From assembly GCA_051294375.1 (NCBI GenBank), contig CM119263.1, positions 26,006,436-26,070,435 of the forward strand: a DNA stretch of 64,000 bases. Direction: 5' to 3'. The translations under genes and the position numbers were made by a program. The stretch comes from Paraspadella gotoi. Taxonomy: Eukaryota > Animalia > Chaetognatha. Shown one piece after another: positions 51,293 through 64,000 of the stretch. Numbering within the stretch: position 1 is the stretch's first letter; every line of letters starts with the position of its first letter. The notes beneath the pieces were generated by a model. It saw nothing but the letters and a program-made list of their open reading frames with translations. It was not told the DNA's origin and did not search any database.

Positions 51293-53565
51293 AAATCAAA
51301 ACCTGTTTCGCCAATGAAGTTTTCGAGCGTAGGTTGACAATTCTCCAAATTTCGTTACCCCATTAACAAGTGACTAACTTGCTTATCGACCTTTTTTTTT
51401 AATTCGGTGCCTTTAATTGGATTGAAAGTCCACCTTGTCATATTCTCAAATTTATATCTGGGTTGCCTAATACTTAATTACCCATCCTTTTATGGGTCAA
51501 ATAACTGCTAGGTTGGAATATGAATAATAATTGAATATGATAGGAATAGAGACAAAAAATATGAAAGGTGAGCACAAGAAACGTTAAAAGCCAAAAAAAG
51601 ATTCAATGAAGTGGTATAATATTTCAAAGAATATTTCAATTGTATGAAAAGACCTTAAGACTTAAGACTTTAAAATTTTGTATTAAAATTTAAAAATAAA
51701 TGTAAAAATTTAATTTATTTCACCTTTATTAGATTTAATAATATTCTTTATATAAATTATATTCTTTCATAATATAATGGGGAGAGGGATGTTAGTGTTG
51801 TCTTCTGGACATATAGGGAGCATCTATACAACACAAGGTTAAAAGTTACTTTTTGCTCTAGTTATTAGATATCATTCTTGTTAAGAAGTCATTTATTGAA
51901 AATTCAAAATATCCAGAAGTCTGAACAGAAAGGGATGGAGAGGATAATTTGTTATGGGATTAAGGTTATTTATGATTCGTCATTGTTGAGGGTAAAGACT
52001 ACATGACTTTTCATGTGATTTCGTCATTCGTGACCACATACACATATACAGAAATGAATCATGTGCTCAACAAGCGTCTTAAGACCCCGGTCATGAGCCA
52101 CCGGGTCACGACTCAAGCTGTTCATTTGTTTACTTTTTTTCGCAAACTTGTCAAATTACAATTCAAATTAGAATGATATGCTTTCCGATGTCCATTTCAA
52201 ATTGGAGGTAGACTTTTTAAATTTTTATTTATTTTAACTTTGGTATATATATTTTTATTAGTTAGAGTTTTTAATTTAAGCGTATTCATTTGTTTTTTTT
52301 AAAATTTATTACATTTAAACTAAAGCAGTATGGTGGACTACAATCACCCAACCGTTCACAAGCGGACAGTGGTGCCCGTGGCAAGTCACTCACATTCCAA
52401 CCCAGAGGTCCGGGGTTCTAGCCCGTTGGTCGCCTAGCAGATAACCGCTTAACCCGCCTGTAACACGGTTTTACAGCCTGATCCGAAGCTCAGGGACTGT
52501 TTATATTGAACGGTTCTGTCACTAACACATAACTTTAATTACTGTCTCTTCAGTAGCTATGTTGATTCTGCAATACTAGATTCTGAGATGGGAATCGTAT
52601 ACTAAAATTTTATTTACATATATGTATCTATCTTTAAATTTGAATTCAGTTCATCTTAAAAATCAGTTCATCGTAAATAGTTTAACAATTTTAGAAAGGA
52701 GTTATTTAAGTGAACCCGATTTCAGATTCGCGAAAAATAATTTTGAATAGCGAAATGCAATTTTGTGTGGCGACATGTAATTTCAGAATTGGCAAAATTC
52801 TGACAATTTGACGTTGGTACAACAGCTAGCTCATAGCAGACCCGACCTATGATTAAAATGGTTTGTCAGTTGTTTAATGCGGGGCTCCTAATAGTGAAAC
52901 CAACCCGTCATCTCTTGCATGCAGTTGGAGGTGCTTGATTTAAAGGCGAAAGTTTTTCTTCCCACATTTTGAACCAATGTAAATTACACAAGCTCGTCTC
53001 ATTTTTTTCGTTCATATTTATGTTGCTTACACTTTTTAGTATCCTAGTCTGATAAATCTAATATTCTGAAAGTGTACATCTTTTTACTTATCGAATATCG
53101 AAACTGAATCATTTCAATTTAAACGAGAAAAAGAATTAGTTTTCATTGTTCACATAATGTACACAAGGTAATTATGTATAAGCCACCCAAAAATTGTATT
53201 TACAAAATTCAACAAAGGAAATAAAGACACAAAAAATATTCTCTGTTACATAGTTTTATTTAATAAAACGTCTTCGCCTCTCACTTCAACTCATTCTCCC
53301 GCTCATCTTTTATCTTTTCAAAATGAGACCCATTTTGGCACCCCATAAAAAGTTAATTAATATAAGACAACACTAACAGCCCTCTCCCATTAATAATATA
53401 TAGATTATCTAAAACCAAAAATAATAAAAAATAATATTAATAAAAAAAAATATAGTATTTGTAGTAAATAATTTTAATGAATAATTAAAATCTAAAACTT
53501 AAAATAGTGAAACTTAAAACCCTTCTCCCATCACCGTTCCCACCGTTCCCCTCTTCTTCCCTCCT

Positions 53566-56500
53566 CTAAGTATCGGAAGGTTGACCGTAGGGCGCGGACT
53601 CGTAGGTGCCAAAGTTGTCATATCCTCCGCCGGACCCGAGGTACAACTGAGATCGTCGAAAGGCCGATATGCCTGTCAGAAACGTTAATTAAAAAAATTA
53701 TGACAATCTTTAATACAATTTTTGGCGAAAATTCATCGAAAAATACTTATAAATACCAAAAAAAATGATAACACTACGAAAACCGAAAAAAAGTTTGCGA
53801 AACCTGGATCAAATGTTCCTGGGGCGTCGCCGCGAAGCATGACTGGCGCGTCACCAGATACCCACGTGCCGTATCTGAAGTAAGTATATAGTCACAATTA
53901 TTGCCACTTACTCTTTATCATTACATCTTAAAATTATTTTCAAAGTTCTTTTGTTTTACTATTACAATTTATTTAACTTTTAAACATTGCTTTATCACTT
54001 TTACTTTCTTTCTAGTTATATCTGCTATCAGATATGCTTACAGCAGACCCAACTTTATAATTGACTATGTTCGCCTATATTGGTTCAACCTATTATCTAA
54101 TTGGTAAATCATTTACAAAATATATACCAATTTAAAATAAACGTCTTTTTGTCCATACGTCCATCCATACGTCTAATGTATTAAGATGAAATTTTGATTA
54201 TGAATATGAAAATGAGTTGAAAAAATACATAGTAAATAAACAAAAAACCTACATTCTCCTACTTTTTATCTTTTTTGCCTCCATATGAAAAGTGAATGAA
54301 TGCTCTAACAATAATAAATATAATCTTACTAATAACACAGCCACGATTATCACCACAAACATCACACAAAGAAAGCTTTTATAGAGAGGACACCAGGTTA
54401 AACTCCCGCTCTTCTCCGAACCCACCAATTGCCTATACCCTAGCTACAACCACAGCAAGAACAATGACTAAAATGATACAGTCGCAACTACAACATTTAT
54501 AACCACTATCCCAACAACCAAAACAGCATGTTTATACCATCTAGGAAAAAAGTATATCACACTTTTAGTAGAGGATGTCTAATCGAAAACTTGTTTAATT
54601 TTAAATAAATTAGATTTTTTCCAAATCTACATTGAATATCCTTTCAGTAGGTTTCTTTTATTTTTTCATAGCTCAAATCGTTTAAAAGTTACAGGCAAAA
54701 AAAGATCGCTACCTCAAATAAAAAATATCGAAAAAAATCATATTTAGTTTTCTACCATTTTTAGTACTTAGTTATGTATTTTTCTTTCAAATTGAGTTAG
54801 TTATTTCTTTTATTTTTAAAAATTTCACAATTAATTTAAGTCAATTAATTAATTAGGCAATTAATGAATTAATTTATCTGATCTGAATTGTTTGTTTTTA
54901 GGTCTTTTCGTCACTGACCACGACAAAAGCAACGGCGACGATGATGGCGACGACGACAATATTGCCGATAACGATTGACTTAATTGATTGTTTGACTGAT
55001 TGATTGATTAATTAATTAATAAATAAATTGATTGAATAATAAATTAATAGATAAATTGATTGATTGAATAATTAATAGATTAATTATTGACTGATTTATT
55101 AATTATTGATTATTTAATTGACTAATTAATTAATTGATTAATTATTAGATTAATTAATACATCTTGCATTTACATTTAATATAAAAATAAAAAGAAGCAT
55201 AATCAATTAGCAAAACAGGTTTTTTGTTTTTTATATTTAAACTCATTTCCACTCAGACGATCCTATCGAAACTTTATTTCCAACTTAATCACACACTTTC
55301 CTACCCACATACAAAATTTTAGGTCAATCGCCCCATCCACTCTTGAGTAATTGGCGTTCAAATAGTTAAATATTTTTTTTTTTCCATTTAAACCTATCTC
55401 CACTCGGACGATTCCATCGAAACTTTATATCCAACTCAATCACACACTTCCATACCCACACACAAAATCTCATTCTAATCCAACCATCCAATCACGAGTT
55501 TTTTGCTAAGGTTGGACGGACGGACAGACAGACAGACGGACGGACAGACATCATTTCTTTTGCATAATTTATCATAATTAGATGTTCTGACATGATATAA
55601 GTGAATGCCCGACACGATTGAGGGGGCGGACCGACAAAGTAAATTATAAAGTCGGGATTTGCTGATAAGCAGATCGGACTAAAAAATGAGAGAGCATGCC
55701 CAGACAAATTCAGGCAATAGCCGATGCCAAGGGAGGGCACACCAAATATTAAGTATGTTTTACCCGTATTTTGTATATTTTTTTATTAAATAAATAAACT
55801 TTTTAACAATTATGTGATATACTTTTTTCCTAGATAATATATAAAAATAACTATGATAATTTATATAAATATATATATATATATATACTTTATGGGTAAA
55901 CACAAAAAGTAACCAAATGATAAAATACTCGCGGTCCAAATAATTATTAAATATTTATTCTAAACAATTTCATCGTTTACAATCTTATCATCTTATCATC
56001 TAATTAGCTGATTTGTAAAATTTGGAAAATCTGACCTTTCACATTTTTTTAACTGTTTTGCTTTTTTTATTTCTTTTTTTAAAATTTCGCTTACTTCTCC
56101 TTCTTTCTAATGGTGACTATGATAGCCACGATGGCGATGACTATGAGAAAGAAGGCGATTATGACAACAACAACAATGATCGCAATATACAGCGTCGGAG
56201 AGCCCTTCTTCTATTTCCTTCACTTTTTCGCAATATTCTCCTTCATATAGTTCAGGGCACCTGGAAAACAGAAGGGGAATGGCGATTGATTGATCAAATA
56301 GTTGTATTGGTACATACAATATACAATTATATAATTTTGGCTCGTAATAGGCTTAAATTATGTATATTGTGGGATTTGATCCCGGCTTCTTATTATAGTT
56401 TTAACAGCAGCAACATCATTAAGGAAACTCAATCTTACTGGCAAGTTGGCTCCCCAGTCGCAGCAGCTTCAATACAAAACCCTCCATTTTGACAGACAAA

Positions 56501-59500
56501 AGCCAAACACTTTTGGGTCAGAAGAGTCTCGACCAAAACTGAAATGGAAGATTAAATACAATTTTTAAAAAAAAAAACCGTCATTTGATATACATAACAG
56601 AAAAACGGTTTTTTGAAGAGTCTTTTGTCCACAAACGATCCCTCCCGTCAACATTTAACATCTTCAGGGTTCGGAATCAAAACTTATAAAAAATTGTATC
56701 ATATTCACAAATAAGCCCATATATTCTAACATTTTAAAAGATATCAATGAAATTTATATCAAATATAAACCAAACGTTGAGAAGTTTTGGTCACGACGTA
56801 CACCGCATTCCAAGCTTTTGCGGAAGGGAGAAAAGTTTGTACATCTTTGTAAAAATATCTTCCCAAACTTTCGGTCACAACTTCACTATGGTTCATTGGA
56901 AAGCTTCGAAACTTGGTTTATAAGACCTGTGGTCAGTCTGCTTTAAGGCGCTCTACATTAAGTTTTCAAAAAGACTGACAGCCAAACCGGATTAGGCTAA
57001 AGATTCTAATGGTCATACTCCTTAGTAAAATCCTGCAGCTGTATTATAGTATTAGGCAGTATATCATCTTTTGAGCATGGGTTACCATCATGAGGACTGT
57101 TAAGCTTCACCCAAGACATTATATGGCAGTAAAGTTCATAATAATTGGTTTCAGCACTTATTTTTAAACCATAATTAAATTATAATGACCCATCTTTATA
57201 TTATCTCTTGTCATTAGCCCAAGCTTTGTGATATTACAATGTTTGGTATAGTAATAGTTGACAACATGATAATTGATTTTGATAGTTGATTTTGCCCTAT
57301 CGCAATAAATGAAAAAGTTAACCGCAGCAGTGACAGAAAATATTTCATTATCACAATTATATTTTATTATCTTAAAATGTCAACTTTGAAATAAACAGTT
57401 TTTTCCGTAAAGCTAAGTTTTTTTATATTGCCATTGAATTATAATGTTGCTTGGGGATATGGACCTACTGCTTGATAAGAATATTGCTTAATTTTTTCAT
57501 ATTGTTCTCCTACCCATTTTTATCATTTTTGTCATCACATTTTTAAAAAAATTATGACGTTGTTCAAAAGCCTTTAAATCCCAAATGAGTAAATAATTTT
57601 GCTTCTCATTTTGTTCACCACATTTGACTCTTAATGGCACATCTTTAAGTGACAAAGCAAAGTTTTTGGCGCCATATATAGAGTTACTGGGGACTCAAAA
57701 TCAATGTCAAACCTATTTTTGATCGATTTGGGCGCAAATGGATACTGACACCTTATCTCTTCTGGCTCAATGTAAAATCACTTTATGATATAGGTAAATA
57801 ATATTTAGGACAATGATAGAATAAATACGAATACAAATACAAACATAAATACAAATTTGAGCTCTTTTACGAAAAATTTTAAAAAAGATTTAAAATTCTC
57901 TACCCACTTGAATAAGTATATAAGTATATAAGTTTTGAATCCAAACCCCGTATTATATTATTTTATATTATTATTATTTTATTGTGTTATAATCCTTTCT
58001 TTCGTTGTGTTGTTAGATTATAAAAAAAGTTTGAATTTAGATTTCAACAACGATTTATTTTCATATTGAAAAAGAACATGTTTTGGCTTTTATGTAAGCC
58101 CTCATCAGCGTTAAATTTGAGGCTTGAAAACTAAATTCAAAATTTATTATATTATTTCAAACTAAATTCAAAATTTATTATATTATTTCATTTAACATTT
58201 AACATTTATTATATTATTTTTTATTTCTCTTTTTTTATTGGGCTTTATTGTTTAAATTTAAAAATCATTTTTTCCTTACGTTTATTTAATTATCGATTAG
58301 TTTTAGGAACAGAAAAAAAATGGAAGAAAATCTAGAATATTTATAATAATTCTTTTATTAATTAGCTAAATTCCTAAAAGAACTTCATTTTTTATACTAA
58401 AATTAGATTTTAAGTTAATTTAATAGGTTGTTAAAATTTTGACCTTCTGAATAAAAAAGGTTACTATTTCATTTAATCAACTTTTTACGAGAAATATGTT
58501 TTTCAAGTGAACAAAAAAATTTAAACATTTTTTAAATTTAGATTCTATTTCAGTATTTGACTTTTATATTTCATTACTCACTGATATCAGAAAAATTCTG
58601 GCGATTTCTCACAAAGTACGAGTTTGAACCAATCTGATAAACATTTCCCAGTAGGTTGTTGGTGCCATTTAATTTGTTCCTTAGGAAGAGCGCAACACGG
58701 CGGAACTCGCCAGGTGTGATGGGATTATTGGACTTCACAAGGTATTCAACATTAATAGATCCTCCACTAAATGTTTTTAATAAAAATTCGTTAATAAATG
58801 AAACGAAATATAATTTATTTAGAAAAGCCGAAATATACATGAAAATAGTGCGACAAGGATAAAAATTATCTTCTTCATTAATAAATAAATAAATAAATAA
58901 GATCTTATTAAGACTTTATATTTTTAGACAGTACAGACTTTGTCGGATGAAAGGCTCCATCCCAATAAGGCTATCAAAAAATAATAAACTTTCAAAACCT
59001 TACATCATTGTTCATATAATTGACTTTTTTTTCTTAATTGGTAACAGATAGTTTATAGTATATGTGTTGTCACGTGATAAAAAAAAATTCGTGCACATAT
59101 CAAATTTACATCAAATTTATAAGGACGCACCTTTCTTTACAAAGCTTTCCCTAGTGTGTTAAGTGGGATGAAGAGCGCTATCCGCAACTTCTTAAATCCC
59201 CTCTAACAGTTATAGAACGGGTCCTGGACTTGGATCCAGGCTTGAGGGTTTTCCACGCCCTCAAGGCGGCTTACGGCCGTCCTTACGCTTCCCGCAGGGT
59301 AGGTACCGGGTTGGGATTCAACCCGGTAACTAGTTGTCATGAGCTGATGGCTTTACTAAATGAGCCACCGGGTCATCAATGAAGACATTATGCTTATAGC
59401 CGGGGTGAACGCAAGCAATGCCCAACTACATTTATCCCTATCAAAACATACAATTCTAGTCTGTAGTATTCACCCTCAACAGTAACGAATTATAAATAAC

Positions 59501-61571
59501 CTTAGTCCCATAACAAATTATCCCCTCCACCCCTTTCTGTTCAGACTTTTAGATTTTTTGAATTTTCAATAATTTTCAATAATTTTCAATAATTTTCACT
59601 TCCAATGTCTAATATCTAATATGAAAACTAGAAGACAACTCATCCCTCTTCCCGTTACTTTATAAAAAATCATACATTAATGTCATTATATAAACAATAT
59701 TATTAAATCTAATATACAGTGAAATATATTACACTTTTGCTTTAATTTTTTTTAGTTTTCCTTATATTTTTAAAGTTAATCCAATTCAGTAAAATGAGTA
59801 ATCTTGCAATTTTTCATAATATGTAAGAACATAAATATAGTGCAGCACATTTTTCGGATTTCTACAGTCATTCAGTCAAAAGCATAATTTTACCAATATT
59901 ACATTTATAAAGTTCCTATTTCTTTTTTTAACTCTCAGTTTTTAATCAACTTATCCCTAAACACTCTTAAAAGTTAAAACACTTACGTAAAGCTTGTAAG
60001 TATGATGTCGTCGAAACCAGACAAGTCTTGATAACTTTGCTTGAGGACATTGGTCACTTCTTGTGGCGTTGCCGTCCGATTTGATGCCCGAGCAACATTA
60101 CGATTGAGAATTTGAAATCCACACTGAACACCTTCTTGGCTAAAGCACATTTCATTTTCCTTCACGAAAGGCTGGTTGCACTGACAGGTATTGACATTCC
60201 CTTCTGGCAGGCAATTAGCAACCTCAGATTTTGGGCAGGGTTTAGCAAGTGTATTATCACAGGTGACAGCCTGGTCCACGAGAACACAAGATGTAGTTGT
60301 GACTCCACCCTTATAGCCTGGTTTGCAGGGGCAAGTGAAGCCGCCATCAATGTTGGTGCAGATAGTAGTGGTGTTGTCGCAATTATCTGTTTTTTTAGTA
60401 CACTCATTGATGTCATTACAAGAATCTTGGCCAAGCTTGTTAAAGCCTTGGTAGCATTGGCATTCATAGAGGGGTGGGTTGGTAGGAATGCAAGCTGAGT
60501 TAACACAAGGATTGTTTTTCTGGCAAACATCAATGCCAGTGCACCTAACCTTTGGATCTCCTTCATACATTGTAGGACACACGCAGGAGAAGCTACCCGT
60601 TGAATCAATGCATTCAGCATTCAGCCCACAGGGTTTTGGTGTCTTGAGGCATTCATTGATATTGGTGCACTGCAGTCCAGTGCCCTCAAATCCTGGCAGA
60701 CATACACATGTTGTGTTGTCTTTGCATTGTGCATTGACGTCACAGGCGGGAGAGCATTGAGAAGGAATGCATTCTCCTGGATTTGATGCATTTTTGGCAA
60801 AACCGTTTTTGCAGGTGCAGGTGAAGGAACCTTCAGTGTTGGTACACTGGGCATTGGCTTGACAAGGTGACCCTAAGCATTCATTAATGTCAGTGCAGCT
60901 AACTTGACCATCACCCTGATAGCCTGTATCACAAGTGCAATTAAAACCAACGAGCAAGTCAAAACATGTTGATTTAGCTACACAAGGTGAAGGAGTCAAT
61001 GCACACTCATTAATTGGTAAGTTGCGACAGGCAAGTCCATTTCCCCTAAATGGATCTCGACATGTGCAAATAAAAGAGCCAATAGTATTTAAGCAATCTG
61101 CATTAACGTCACATGGATTACGCACAGTGCATTCATCAATGTCTGCACATTTGGTGCCACTTCCACTGAATCCAGATGGGCAGGCGCAAGTAAATGATCC
61201 TGGAAAGTTACTACATATGGCGTTGGAATCACATGATGTAGGATCATTGCACTCATTGATATCAGTTTCGCAACTGCTGCCTGAGAATCCAGAAGGACAC
61301 ACGCAGCCCTTGTCCGAATCGCACGTGCCCCGTTGGCAGGTGCAGTCCTTCTCGCAATTAACACCCCATTTGCCTGTGGCACACCGCCGCGTCTTGATAC
61401 ACTTAAATAGGGGGGAAATCGACGAAGGACGAAGAACATCCTCTGGGTCGCATTCAGTGCAAGTGTGATGGACACCTCTGTCTTCTGCCGCGGCGACATC
61501 CTGACATCCAGTTCCATCGGCTTTGCAGGGGTTTCGCGCGCAACCATTTAAGTCTGTTTCACAGCGAAGGC
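53566..61571 (-). CDS. Tandem paralogue of the MUC4-like EGF/SEA/TM gene (3' part; 5' exons presumably beyond the window)
   Basis: Exons 61571-59987 (1585 nt, same length as in the paralogue), 58766-58582 (SEA, 185 nt, same), 56538-56439 (EGF, 100 nt, same), 56260-56095 (TM, one extra base), 53874-53804, 53672-53566 (SAFRRSQLYLGSGGGYDNFGTYES...*). Confidence 0.92.
54830..55685 (-). mobile_element. HINE family A copy (3' end not evident)
   Basis: Similar to 4560-5325; ends aagtcgggatttgctgataagcagatcggactaaaaa. Confidence 0.7.
57992..58112 (-). mobile_element. Degenerate Penelope-like end with decayed hammerhead motif
   Basis: Minus strand CG-CUGAUGA-G-GGCUU-ACAUAA-AAGCC-AAAA-CAUGU (GAAA changed to AAAA), followed downstream by the same tail motif caacgaaagaaagga. 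Confidence 0.55.
59150..59430 (-). mobile_element. tRNA-derived SINE-like repeat; related copy at 63385-63620, fragment at ~52090
   Basis: Dispersed GC-richer repeat; minus strand has A-box-like TGGCTCATTTAG and B-box-like GGTTGAATCC. Confidence 0.5.
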
Positions 61572-61704
61572 CTGATGACGAAAGAAGACTTTAGAATATA
61601 AAGGTTTTAGATATTTAGAATGTAAGCGAAACAATAACAATAACAGATTTCCTTCGTCAATGAAATTTCCAATGATCACGTAACTACTTGTGCGAAACAT
61701 ATAC

Positions 61705-62810
61705 AAACAAGTTTGAGCAAACAATGTCGGCTCTGCCCACGATAATTAAGCGGTAATCAGCTAAATAAATAAAATAAATAAATTTTAAAAAAATAAATAA
61801 ATACTATAGTAAAAATAATTACAAATAAAGTACAAATAATTTTTGTAATTATTTTTTTTTCTACTTGCATCATTTTTTTTACTCGCTTCATTTTTTCAAC
61901 TCGCATCATTTCTTTAACTCACATCATTTTTTTAACTCGCATCATTTTTCAAATCTGCATCATTTTTTAAACTTGCCTCATTTTTTAAACTCGCGTCATT
62001 TTTTTCAACTGTCATAATTTTGTCAACTTGCATCATTTTTTCAACTAGCATCATTCTTTCAACTTGCATCATTCTTTCAACTTGCATCATTTTTTAATAT
62101 TCATAATTTTTTTAACTTGCATCATTTTTTCAAATTGAATCATTTTTTTCTTTTAATTAATTAATTAATTAAAACATTTATGAGTAAGCATAAATAATAA
62201 AAATTCAAGTCAACTTGACTTTGGTTTTTTCCATGCAAACTCATTTCCACTCCTCGATTCCATCGAAACTTTATATCATGCTCATTGCTCAATTACACAC
62301 TTTCCTACACACAAAAAATTTAATCTCGATCTATCCATCCAATTATGATTAATTCAATTAATTATGGGTTAAAATTATTAAAAAGATTCAAATAAAAGTG
62401 ACTTATGTTTTTCCATATAAACTTTATATCCAGCATCATCACAAACTTTCCTACCCACACACAAAATTTAATTTCAATCTATCCATCCAATTATTATTAA
62501 TTCGAGTAATTATCCATTTAAACCTATTTCCACACGCACGATTCCATCGAAACTTTATATCCAGCTCAACCATACAGTTTTTTAACCACACACAAAATTT
62601 CTTTCCAATCCATCCATCCGATCACGAGTAATTGGAGTTTAATGAAAAGGTGGGACGGGTCTTCAGACAGACAGACGGACGGATGGACGGGCGGACATCG
62701 TTTTTTTGCTTAATTTAGCATAATATGATGTTCTGATGTGATAAAAATGATTTACCGACAAGATTTAGGGGTGGGACCGATGGACTGACAAAGTGAGTCG
62801 GAATCTGCTT
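61705..62810 (-). mobile_element. HINE family A copy with ~19-bp minisatellite
   Basis: Reverse complement of the 37295-38215 copy, including the caacttgcatcattttt array. Confidence 0.75.
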
Positions 62811-63892
62811 TTCATGGTTTATTACTTCTTAGTTAAGTTTTGAGCAAAACAACCTAATATGAGACGAAACATGCTTAATTTGCTTTTTGATCATATGACC
62901 TTGTTTGATTACGTGATTACACAAGTATAAAAAATATGTACGAGATGCCAAGTTTCAACGAAAATAATTCAGAATATGCAGTCCTGTGATAAAATTTTTA
63001 TATGATCACGAGACTGTATAAGCATAATGCAAATGCACATGAAAGTTCTTATGGTACCTTACCTTCCTATCAAATATGCACTTAATTTATGAAGTTTTAC
63101 TCGTTCTGTCAGCCTTTAAACTGTAAATAGTGTGGCAACACATTCAATGTTGCCTCCGGCCTGACTGCATCAGCCGTGATGTAAGAGCGGGACGGGACGT
63201 CTAACCTATCTGTAGTGGCAGACTACAGTCAAATCCAAAGTTTTGTAGCTGACAATTTGATAGATAGACAGATAAACAGATTAACATTCTGACCGACCCA
63301 AAGTGACCTACAGAATCTTAGGAATCCTCGTGGCGCAACTAAAAGCTATTGTTCTTTTTTCATTGCATATATCTGTGGATAAGGCGCTAAGTGGGCTGAA
63401 GAGTGCTCTCCGCAACTTCTTTAACCCTATTTAAACAGATCTGGGCTTTGAACCAGGCTTTGGGATTTTTCAGGCTCCCATGGCGGTTTTAGGCCGTCCT
63501 CCCGCTTCCCGGTATCTAATAGTCATGAGGTGATGGTATTACACATTGAGCCACCGGGTCACGACTGAAGGTGTCATGCTTATAGGCGGGGTGAACTTAT
63601 GGCAATTCCCGACTACATGTCTATAGCTTTATGATTGACATCTTTAGTTTATAACAATGTTATTTTAAACGACGTACAGTGTGTCCCAATGGTACTGTCC
63701 GTTAATAAAAGCTTACTGCTCCTATAGTAGAGCATTAAAAGATAACAAAATATAAGATATTTAATTCCATTCATTATTATTGTAATAAGATCTGAAGAGT
63801 TCGATGATGATAACCATTTTTTTGTATAGTTTCATGAGTATGAGAAACTTAAATTATTAAAATTTCATAAAAATCATATTTAGCTTATATAA

Positions 63893-64000
63893 TTTTAGTG
63901 AAAACAAAGTTTAGAGTTTGTATTACAAAAAATCGTTGTAATACAAACTCTAAACTTTGTTTTCACTAAAACACCTAAACAACGAAAAGAAAGGAATACC
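63893..64000 (+). mobile_element. Short inverted-repeat element with the same tail as the 44.8 kb element
   Basis: Perfect 36-bp arms (63893-63928 and 63936-63971) around a 7-nt loop, then acaacgaaaagaaaggaatacc; runs off the window end. Confidence 0.6.

Noticed and set aside
59300-59372. tRNA gene
   Set aside because: A/B-box-like motifs only, no convincing cloverleaf, and part of a dispersed repeat, so called SINE-like.
63045-63080. Minus-strand donor as the next upstream exon of the paralogue
   Set aside because: The sequence does not resemble the expected ...CDCPPNWEG exon.

Overview
AT-rich, intron-containing animal (invertebrate-type) genomic DNA from an apparently indel-prone long-read assembly; N-gap at 3790-3814. 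I reconstructed three genes by hand from GT-AG exons. (1) A + strand F-BAR/HR1/SH3 gene of the CIP4/FBP17/TOCA family (19544-29560) with an unusual FH1-like polyproline exon. (2) A complete 24-exon - strand type-I membrane protein (49484-30155, ~1980 aa): signal peptide, ZP-N-like, EGFs, NIDO-AMOP-VWD(GDPH), Ig-like, ~11 EGF, SEA, EGF, TM, Tyr-motif tail. (3) The 3' half of its tandem paralogue (61571-53566). Non-coding DNA holds Helentron-type (HINE/DINE-1-like) elements, MITEs, SINE-like repeats and many microsatellites. The most striking non-genic signal is a small family of palindromic mini-insertions sharing a 3' tail; two carry minimal hammerhead-ribozyme motifs (Penelope-like ends) and one has a 13-bp TSD. 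Bases 1-3790 duplicate two other parts of the window and are probably an assembly or haplotype artefact. No database searches were run, so domain calls rest on motif recognition.
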